Assembly (NCBI RefSeq): GCF_009914755.1
Contig: NC_060947.1
Length of the DNA stretch: 64,000 nt
Source of the DNA: the human T2T-CHM13v2.0 reference genome, Homo sapiens
Reading direction: 5' to 3' (one strand)
Below, one piece after another: positions 46,400 to 64,000 of this stretch. How positions within the stretch are numbered: position 1 is the stretch's first letter; each line of letters begins with the position of its first letter. The notes below the pieces were generated by a model. That model saw nothing but the letters and a program-made list of their open reading frames with translations. It had not been told where the DNA came from and ran no database searches. Both the position numbers and the translations under genes were made by a program.

Positions 46400-46758
46400 C
46401 CCTTAATTTAAAAATTTATAATTGACACATAATTGTATATATTTATGGGGTACAATGTGATTGTAAATGTAAGTATACTATGTAGTATAATGATCAAATG
46501 GGGGCAATTACCATATCCATCACATGGAACATTTTTCATTTGTTTGTGGTAACATCATTCAAAATCTTTTCTTCTAGTTATCTTAAAACATACACTACAT
46601 TGCTGTTTGCTATAGTCACCCTACTGTGTAAAAAAACACCAAACTTATTCTTCCTGCCTAACTGTAAGTTTGTACACATTGGCCAACCTCTCTCCATCCT
46701 TCCCTACCCTGTACCCTCCCCAGCCCCTGGTAATCACTATTCCATTCTCCACTTTTGA
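46400..46758 (-). mobile_element. L1MA 3'UTR terminus (inverted relative to 44705-45309)
   Basis: aattgacacataattgtatatatttatggggtacaatgtga...cccagcccctggtaatcactattc. Confidence 0.82.
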
Positions 46759-46759
46759 T

Positions 46760-47054
46760 TTTTTTTTTTTTTTGAGATGGAGTTTTGCTCTTGTTGCCCA
46801 GGCTGGAGTGCAGTGGCACCATCTCAGCTCACCACAACCTCTGCCTCGGGTTCAAGCGATTCTCCTGCCTCAGCCTCCCGAGTAGCTGGGATTACAGGCA
46901 TGCACTGCCACGCCTGGCTAATTTTGTACTTTTAGTAGAGACAGGGTTTTTCCATGTTGGTCAAGCTGGTCTTGAACTCCTGACCTCAGGTGATCCGCCC
47001 CCCATCGGCCTCCCAAAGTGCTGGGATTACAGGTGTGAGCCACCAAGCCCAGTC
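46760..47054 (-). mobile_element. AluSp/Sq
   Basis: gagttttgctcttgttgcccagg and ctcaccacaacc diagnostics; poly-T. Confidence 0.92.
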
Positions 47055-47149
47055 TTGAAATTTTTTAAACTTTTATTTTAGGCTCAAGGACACATGTGTT
47101 GGTTTGTTGTATAGGCAAATTGTGTGTCACAGGGGTTTGTGTACAGATT

Positions 47150-47437
47150 ATGTTCTTTGCAGCAACATGGATGGAGCTGGAGGCCATTATCCTGAGTGAA
47201 CAAACACAGCAACAGAAAACCAAATACCACATGTTCTTATGTATAAGTGGGAGCTAAACTTTGAGTACACATGGACACAAAGAAGGGAACAACGGACACC
47301 GGGGCCTACTTGAGGGTGGAGGAAGGGAGGAGGATGAATACCTATTGGGCACTATGCTTATTACATGGATGATGAAATAATCTGTACACAAACCCCTGTG
47401 ACACACAGTTTGCCTATATAACATACCAACACATGTG
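47150..47437 (+). mobile_element. L1PA15/16-like fragment, second part (its terminus lies inverted at 47061-47151)
   Basis: Resumes atgttctttgcagcaacatggatggagctgg exactly where 46060 stopped; 3'UTR gacacaaagaagggaacaac...ggggcctacttgagggtggagg. Confidence 0.85.
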
Positions 47438-47918
47438 CAAGATCAGTTGAGATCAGATCATATATGGCTTTACATGTTAGGCTAAGGAGTCAGATTGTAA
47501 TGAGTAATTAGGAGCCACTAAAGACTCCTGGGCAGAAAAAGAGGCATGATTCAACCATGTTATGGCAAAAGTCAAGCAGAAAGGTCAACTCTAATGAAAC
47601 TTTAAGGGAGGGACTGGATATAGGATGACCAGCTAGGAGGTTACTGTAATAGTTTCAGTACCCTATTTCAAAGAAATTATGAGGGTCTATATTAAGACAG
47701 CAGAAATAGAAAGATCTGATAATGGAGACACCAAGAAAGTAAATAGCATCTCCATGACTGACTAGGTGAGCAGTGAGGATTCAAACATGATTCTGAGGTT
47801 ACTAAACTAGGTGACCAGAGGGGTTGTTACACTGTTAACTGCAATTGAGAACAGTGGAGGGGGAGCAGTTTACAGATATTTTCAAGTGCATGGGAAGTAT
47901 CAAAATGCTTAGAAATAG

Positions 47919-48249
<331 letters not shown>

Positions 48250-48305
48250 AATTCAGGTTTTTTAATAGTTGGACTGTATATAGCACGTATGAATATAGAT
48301 TGTGA

Positions 48306-48705
<400 letters not shown>

Positions 48706-48824
48706 TTGTTTTGTTTTTCAACCTTCATCTGACCACAATGGCCCATGTGTTCCTGAGTATCCACCCCTGCCACCTACCCCATATGTTCTAAAAGAACAAA
48801 ACATTTCTATTAGTTAAAAACTTA

Positions 48825-49145
<321 letters not shown>

Positions 49146-49301
49146 TTATTAGCAGTACACATCTGTGATTCAAAAGAAATATTTAAAAATATATTCCAAA
49201 GCCTAACTTTTAGAATTCTCTATGCTTTCAAAGATTATACAGTTTATAATATCGGAAATGAATGCTACATTATATAATTAATCACAACTTTATTACTATA
49301 C

Positions 49302-50089
49302 ATTTTCCTGAGAGATGGCTCTTAGAGAAAAGACAAATAATGTCTGTGATTTTAGTGCCATAGCTAAAAATTTAAAGCCCCTAAATAAATAGAAAAAAAG
49401 GGCCACTGTTTGGTAAAATTATCTCCAGATCCATAAGGGATATTTGGGTCATATACTGATATTGGAAGAAAATATAACAGAGGGTCTCTACATTTCAGAC
49501 TCCTTCACTCCCCATTGTTTTTGAGATTTTCCTTTTGTAAATGAGAACAAGGTGAGTCATTAATCTCTATCAAACTGAATGATCACACATGACTCAGTAG
49601 AGTTTTAAAAAGGGCTTAACTAAATGGCTATCATGTAAAAATAGTGTCTTTTGGAATGTTAAGGATCTATAATAAAATGCTTTGAATAAAATGTTTAAAT
49701 TAATAACTTCAAATAAAGAGAGAATCTTAGCATACTATGAGATATTTCTTTTTGGCCCCATCTTTTGAAAACTTTGGCTACTGAGGACCATAAATTTAAG
49801 GGATTGCTTGATTAACAATTTTACTGTGTACATTGCCATTTAAGGTTTATACCCTTAATTTGAAAATTAAAACTGTGAATACTATTTTAATATTTTACTG
49901 AGAAATGGCTTTTAGAGAAAAGACAAATAATGTCTGTGATTTTAGTGCCATAGCTAAAAACTTAATGTCCCCAAATAAATAGAAAAAAGGGGCACTCTCT
50001 GGCAAAATTACCTCCAGACCCATAAGGGATATTTGGATAATACACTCATATTGGAAGAAGATACAACAGAGGGTGTCTACATTTCAGAC
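49302..50089. repeat. ~199-bp direct repeat pair (49302-49500 and 49892-50089)
   Basis: Manual alignment gives about 21 differences in 199 nt, including a 49-bp perfect block. Confidence 0.93.
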
Positions 50090-50131
50090 ATTCAGTATTT
50101 TTGTATTTAAATTCTAGTCTAAAAGTCCTTT

Positions 50132-56316
<6,185 letters not shown>

Positions 56317-57354
56317 TCTAAAAGTCCTTTTAGAGTTGCATGTGTGTATTTGTATTTATTCCAGATTGGAGTTGGATCATTAACCCAGATTAGCACCTTA
56401 ACTTAATATCAGTGGGAGGTTTCTCTAGTTGGTTATACCTTAACATTCAATAAGTGCTCTTCTTTTGCTTAAGATTATTGGTCTCAGGTCATATAAACTA
56501 GAGGGAATATAAACCTTGATAAGCATTGGAATGGCATGAGCAATCTGACATTCTTTTAACATTGGGAAAGATAATGTTTGTACTTTATTTTTTTCCACAA
56601 AACTTATATAATTGGTGGTAGAGAGGTAAGTATTTTAGATAATTAGACCTTTAGTAATAAGATTAGTCTTAGTTTAGGCTTGTCTTTAATAGGTAGTGAA
56701 TAGAAATGTGCATTTCTATATGTTATCTTCATTGCTAACCTGATCACGTCTGTGTAAAACCTTAGAACACCTTGAGCAAATTTTATATTGCTTTTGAGGA
56801 TATAGAAAAATGGTACATCATGGACATATGTAGTTTGTACATTTGGGTTTGTAAACATTGTTTGGCTCAAATTACTATCCCAATATGTAAATCCTTATAC
56901 ATGCTAGTAGTGAGCTCTTGAGATAATTTATCATCTTATAAATTGGGAAATATTTCTGTATTCCCCAAATCTTAGATTCCTTATCATATAAGCCCTATTT
57001 TCTACAATTTGGGGGACTATTTGTCTTTAAGCAAGCCTTCATATAAGATGCAAATTGGGTCTCAAAGGCAATACTGTTGAATTATAGATAGTTAATCTGA
57101 GGAGGGGGAGGTGTTTGTTGTATATAATAGCTTCCTTACTAAGTTATGAGTTCCCTAAAATCGGTAACCAAATCTCATGCGTGTTTATATAACCTACAAC
57201 TTTCATATAGATAGTAGGTGCTCAAAAATGTTAATTGAATGAATGGGTATCCTTCCTTTGTCTCATTGAGACCCATTTAAAATCATTTTAGCAATTGGGT
57301 TATTATACTAAGAATGTTTCACCAAACTAAAACTGAATTTGTTTTATTTTACAG

Positions 57355-57602
57355 GTGCAGTAGACATTGTTGCAATCATGATCGGCAATCTGAAAGGCAC
57401 AAAAATTCTGCAATCTATTCAAAGAGGCATACAAGTGACAATGGTCATAGAAGTAGGGAAAAAACATGGCCCTTGGGTGAATCACTATTCAATTTTTTTC
57501 GTTTCTGTGTCCTTTTTTATTATTACGGCGGCAACTGTGGGCTATTTTATCTTTTATTCTGCTCGAAGGCTACGGAATGCAAGAGCTCAAAGCAGGAAGC
57601 AG
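57355..57602 (+). CDS. RNF128: RNF128 coding exon 2: end of PA domain, transmembrane helix, basic stop-transfer segment
   Basis: Acceptor gttttattttacAG|GTGCAG; phase 1 joins exon 1 to give HPG-AVDIVAIMIGNLKG...HYSIFFVSVSFFIITAATVGYFIFYSARRLRNARAQSRKQ. Donor CAG|GTTTGT; 248 nt, cumulative 732 nt = 244 codons. Confidence 0.97.
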
Positions 57603-58289
57603 GTTTGTAATGGTCCTTTCTTCCACTATTAAAAAAAATTTACTGTTCTAATTGTAGTTTCAGGGTCCTGCATTTTAATACATTGTACTTGCTAGACAAT
57701 GATCTCCCCATATGTTTTACAAAATCTGGTAGTTTTTAAAAGTATGTCAGCTCTTCTCAAAGGTTTATTTTCTATATTTGTCAAAGAACTTAATCCTACC
57801 TGATTAAATTTTCTAACACCTCATTAGAGAACACATCCAGCATTTAATTACATATAGGTGTAAATACATATGTTCTTTTAAATAAACATTTTTTTCTAAA
57901 TTACAAAAACATTTCATACTCAATATAGAAAACTTAGAAATTAGAAAGTACACGGGAAAAAAACTCACCTAAAACCTGATATAGCAATATAACTATAGTC
58001 ATCGCCCAAAGGTAACCACTATTATTTTATATGTACGTCTGTATTTGCATGTGGGGATGGGGCTGAGAAGAGGGACTAGGCTGAGAAGGCAGGGTAGAAG
58101 ATCTGATTGTGCATGATATATTGTTAGGCTTCAAGTGGAGTCAAATATTAATAGTTTCTACCATATTATAACAGTGTATAAAAAGGTACAAGGTACACAA
58201 ACAACAGAGCAAAAATACCAAAGCATTACTGAACAGTAAAGTACCTATGGTTGTATGGCATTGTTCCTGCCACCATTAAATTGTCCCCC

Positions 58290-59150
58290 TCAGCCCCCTG
58301 ATATGCTCACATTTCTCCTTACCCAGCTTAAATTCCATGGTTACTCCCATGCATACATCTTCAGTTCCCGTGGCCCTTCTTTCTCTTTGTTATAGTTGCT
58401 GGAAAAACAAATCCAACCCTGGTTAAATTTACTTCCCACCTACTCTATGTCTTCACCTTGCACAACTGAAGTATCAGAAAGGCATTTACAGCTGTACTGA
58501 CTGATCTCACTTTAAATTTGTGACCGTAAAATCAGAGTGGGCCCTTAATGCTACCCAGGAATCACACTATGTTTTCTTGGCCATTTACTCTCCTACTGTT
58601 GGATAACCATATGTGTTCCTTTCCCTTTCTCCAACACCTCCTCCAACTTTACTCTCAATTTGTATTTTATTTTACTGAGAAAATTGAAGCAATCAATAAT
58701 ACTTCCACATCTTCTCATCTATCTTCATCTGCGTCTATCCTATTCCCCTGCTTTGTCTTCTGTTTTTATGGATGAACTGTTCCTTTGCAAAGGCTAACTC
58801 TTTCACTCAGGTATAAGATTATTTTTGTCTTTTGTATACTCAAGGACATCACTCCAGAAATTTTCCTCTCTCACTCTCCTACTTTAACAATTTCTCCCTC
58901 TCCTCCTCATCTTTTCCACCAACATGCAAACATAGTATTATTGCTCCCATTTTCAAAAGATTTTCTCTTGGCCCCAGGCCAAAAACCTTGAAGTTGTTCT
59001 TTATTCCTTTTTTTCTGTCACCTCCCATGTAAACTATCAGCAAATCCTATTATTTCTACCTTCATTATATATCCAGAATTTGATTATTTCTTATTACCTT
59101 CATTGCTTCTGCCCCAGTCAAAGCCACCATAATTTCTTACCTCCTCCTCC
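58290..59150 (+). mobile_element. L2 fragment
   Basis: Pyrimidine-rich L2-type sequence (tttactgagaaaattgaagcaatc; atcagcaaatcctatt...tatccagaat). Confidence 0.6.
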
Positions 59151-61947
59151 CTTCAGGTATTCTCAGTATAACAGCGGAATGGTGTGCCACTTCTTTAGAA
59201 AGCTCAGTAGGGATTTAATGCTTTCAGATGAAAATACATTTTTATATGTACTGAGCAGTTTCTCTAAAGGCGATCGATTTCTGGTCACTTCATGTACTCT
59301 TCCTCCAATAAGTGAAAAGGAACTCAATTTATTTAGGGGGCGGAAGGAGCAGTGAGGATTTTTATATAGCAAGAAAGTTAATTTAATTTAGGAATAGATG
59401 AGAAATTGAAATTTTATTATAAAAACTTCATAAAGATTAGATACCAGCATATGGTAATAAGTGATGGTTATCTCAGTGTTTAAAGTTAATTGGCTTCTAT
59501 CCTTCTCCTTAGAGAAGCAGCTTATCACATTGGTGGCAGGTTCAGCCTGATACTAGCTGCAGTCAAAAAGATGTTTAAAATTCCTGTACCAGGCCACTCA
59601 GTAGTTTCACACTGTGTTAATATTTGACATTTGTATATTGTGCGGTTTTTTATCTGCGAGGCTGGAAGGAAATTGGTGTCCAGTGTGACTAACTATTCAA
59701 AGGTTATAGTTACAATGACAAGAGTGTTTGGTTTGCATATGTTCATGGTGGGGTATGTGTTTCAGTATTCTCAGTGCTATAATAAATTTATTGACATGGC
59801 ATTAAACCCCATCAGAAAATAATAAGGTTTATAAAGAACTTTGTCTGGTGTTACAGAGCTTCATTGGACATTTAGCTCTGGTCTACGCATTTAATTTTCA
59901 TAGTTTATAATACATCTTATGATAATTAACCTCTGTAGAAATGGTCAAGAATAGCATTAAAACTTCTCATCTATTTGGAGAAGGCTTTTGAAGGGGCTTT
60001 TAAAAATTACTTAATGGACTATATCTGTTTATCCTTTGAGGACTAAAAGATTAAATATATGGCTGATAATCCTTTTTGCTTATAAATATTTGAGAGTGCT
60101 AGAATGTCATTTATATATTTAATTTTCATGACAGTATTAATTTTTAAAAGGTAGAGCTTAATGCATATGCTGATTATAATTATCACTAAACATTTAACTA
60201 TATTATCTCCATTTTACTGGTAGAAATGATGATGAAGCTGAGTTATGGAAATTTGGCTTCATTAGAATGTTAGGCAAATTTAATATATTCAAGAATTTCT
60301 TCCTTCTGAAGGTTATGATACATGGTATATAATGTCAGGAAACTGATAACTGTAACCATAAATTCTGATGACTGAATGCTCAGATGAGCCCCCAGACAGA
60401 ATAGCCTCATATGTTGTAGTGTGATGTGTAAGAACACATATCATCCCTGTTTTTTAGATACAAAGCTTTTAAACAGAACAAAAAAGTATCAATGGATTAT
60501 AAATGAAAATAACATATTAGGCCTTATAAGTTAGTTTCATGTCCCTTCCGGGAACAACCCTAACTTGAGACAAGAAAGATTATGGGAAACCTTATGGCAT
60601 ACACAAATTAAACTACATTCAGGAGTGACCACTATACACTTGACTCTAGCATGGAGTACCAAACATTTTCGGGTACCGTAAATGTATCCTAACTGTATTC
60701 AAGCAGTTAATACTCAATAGCCACAATGCATGTGTTGGATTAAACATTGGCAAGTGAAACAAAAGAGGGCTGTAGGTGAAATAGGAGCTGGCCTAGATAT
60801 AATGTGAAAAGCTGAATTTACTTTTAATGAAGAGTGGCTTTCAGAAGAAAAGGATTTACTAACTAAAATAGACAGATTAGAAGGAAATCATCTTCCAAGA
60901 GGAGGGAAAAGAATGGGAATCCACTTGCAAAGGTCATAAAGCTTTGATAAACTGATCACACAGACCCAACACATAATGCTAGAGAATGCTAGGAATCAAT
61001 ATTGGGAAAGAGAATATACTCTAACACAACAGAATCTATTAACTATTTTACTTAAAAGTGATCCCCAAGTAGCCATGGGGGTAATGACCTTCCATTTTTA
61101 GCTGTAGAAGCTCAGGCAGAGAATCTTTGAGACACATGCAGATCCTCAAATTTATGGAATTTTTTTTTGTAAAATTGCAACTTGCACTGCTGATCTCTGA
61201 CTGATCTGGACCAAAGGATGGGCCAAAATAAGGCTAGTAGGAATAGAACTAATACTGAATGATACCCATGTACTCCCATGGGAGGGAAATGGCCTTGCTG
61301 TACAAAGTTAACAGGAACCTATAACTTGATAATAATATAAGTTGAGACAAATGATTGGCTTTGTCCCCAGCTAACATGGAACCTAGAAATGACAGAATGA
61401 TTGCAACTGGTGACAGCATTTGTTCCTCATCATATCTGGCATATGGGCAAAGGCTAATTCTTCTAGGAAGGTTTAATAAATATTTCTGTGACATTTCCGG
61501 ATTTTTTTTGTAACCAAACCAAACTGTATCATAACCATGCTCTGATATGGTGTAATACTGGTATTGTTAGTAAAATTCAACTATCTTATATAAATAAATC
61601 ATATGGTAATCAAATATATTTGAGACATTGAACTAAAAACTCCTCACAGTGTGATACCAAGGGAGAGTGACTGGCATGAAGAAGAAGTAGAATGATTTAG
61701 TTCATTACTATATTAAATTGCTCTGTGCAAGTCTATCACAAAGTTCAAGTGGCCATAGATCAAGGGAATAAATGGATAATTAAATTGGTATAATAATGTA
61801 AAGATGTTTGTGATGGTCTTATAAACTGGATGAATTGTTCCTTTGAACCTGTTTCCACTCCTTGTTGGCTTCTGCAAGTATTAGATAGACTTGTGTTGTT
61901 CTTATGGCACCTTATATAAAAATACTGTGCTAACTGAACAGTATATA

Positions 61948-62668
<721 letters not shown>

Positions 62669-63654
62669 TATACTGTATGTAGTACACTGTTTATAAATAT
62701 TATGCTAACTGTATAGTAACTATACTGACTACTGTACCAACTGAAGTGATAATATATAAATACTGTACAAACAGTTACTGTACTGAAAGTTTTATTATAA
62801 AAAGGCTTTGACCAACAGGATGGATTGTGAGGAAAAAGGTAACACAACAGATGCAGTTGCTTACTCCTTCCATGTCCCCAAGGGAACCATGATTGGCCCC
62901 TGGCCAACCCTGGGAATGTGGCTCTCAAACTGGTCTTTATGTTAGTGATTGATAATTTTGTTATATACACCTGGAAAAATGGACCATGTTGTACCAGCCT
63001 GTCAGAGTTGCTTTTCACAACAATCAAGATTGATGATATCCTAGTTTCATTGTTGGGGTCCTCAGTTTCCGGCAACATGGCCAGTTGCTAGCAGGATGCA
63101 CCTAGTAAGCAGTCCCTTCATCTGAGTCTTGGACCCCAACACTTAAATTGGTTCCCTGGGCAGAGATATGCCACACATTTCTGTAGTTTGCTGCCAGACA
63201 GAAAGAGCACTCCTGTGTGCTCTCAGATGAGGAAGGACTAGGCTACATTAATATTTTAAAATCTGTCCTTCAACTTAAAGCATTACTAAAAATTATCTAA
63301 ACTATTTCTGGTTACATTAAGTTTTTTTCTACTCCACTAGTACACGAAATTATCTGGAAGATTCATTAAGTACCTGCACACTGTACCACTATTAACATAT
63401 ATACATTTGCAGTTGGTGTGTTCACATGTATGTATCTATTTCTGCCTACATTTGAGAGTAGTTCAGGGTCTTTTACAGAAACCATGAGAATTTTGACTCT
63501 TGTATAAGAAGAACAGATTAAATCCTTGTCTAAGTAAGACTTAGTTTTACAATATTTCTTCTGACTTTCTCACTGAACAAAAGAAAGCTCTTATAATGGG
63601 TCTCAGGATTTTTATATATTCACTTACTCTAATTTTAAATTTATACCACTAATT

Positions 63655-63788
63655 CTTTTTCCAGCTTTATTGAAGTATGATTGACAAATAAAATTTGTAT
63701 ATATTCAAGGTGTACAACATTATGATTTGATATACATATAAATTGTAAAATGATTGACATAAATTAATACATCTATCCCTACACAGTT

Positions 63789-63833
<45 letters not shown>

Positions 63834-64000
63834 GAGGATACTTAAGATCTACTTTCTTAGCAAATTTCAAGTAAACCATGCTGTAAATAAGATCCTCAGG
63901 ATTTATTCATCTAAAAAATTTGAACTCATAGATGCAGAGAACAGAGAAGTGGTTGCCAGGGGGATTGGGGAAATGGGGAGATGTTAGTCAAACGATACAA
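63655..64000 (-). mobile_element. Old L1M 3' end with an inverted 5' part, containing (TG)n at 63791-63831
   Basis: 63655-63912 is the reverse L1MA/MB terminus; 63913-64000 is the adjacent upstream 3'UTR in the opposite orientation. Confidence 0.75.

Noticed and set aside
49302-50089. Direct repeats as LTRs of a mini-retroelement or a CRISPR-like array
   Set aside because: Only two copies, no TG..CA termini, primer-binding site, polypurine tract or TSD; eukaryotic context with no cas genes.
57314-57610. 98-aa alternative-frame ORF over exon 2
   Set aside because: Starts inside the intron next to the acceptor; no independent support.
62830-63245. Possible old LTR fragment and the 138-aa minus-strand ORF 62662-63078
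   Set aside because: Resemblance too weak to name a family; the ORF has no recognisable homology or splice support.

Overview
Primate (very probably human) X-linked genomic DNA, not microbial. The window holds the CpG-island promoter, coding exon 1 (11356-11839) and coding exon 2 (57355-57602) of RNF128/GRAIL, a PA-domain transmembrane RING E3 ligase, separated by a 45.5-kb intron. Most of the rest is interspersed repeats: Alu, L1, L2, MIR, hAT and Tc1/mariner fossils, a MaLR LTR remnant, a Y1-RNA retrocopy and a tRNA-derived relic. Nearly all other ORFs in the track are repeat-derived or spurious. Best hunt result: a full-length antisense L1PA5-like element ends about 1 kb upstream of exon 2. 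It keeps an open ORF0 whose first splice donor is in the same phase as the exon 2 acceptor, predicting an in-frame ORF0-RNF128 fusion driven by the L1 antisense promoter. Second: a complex inversion with inverted duplication at 46.0-47.4 kb can be reconstructed from three split repeats. Repeat subfamily names come from recalled consensus features, not from a RepeatMasker run.
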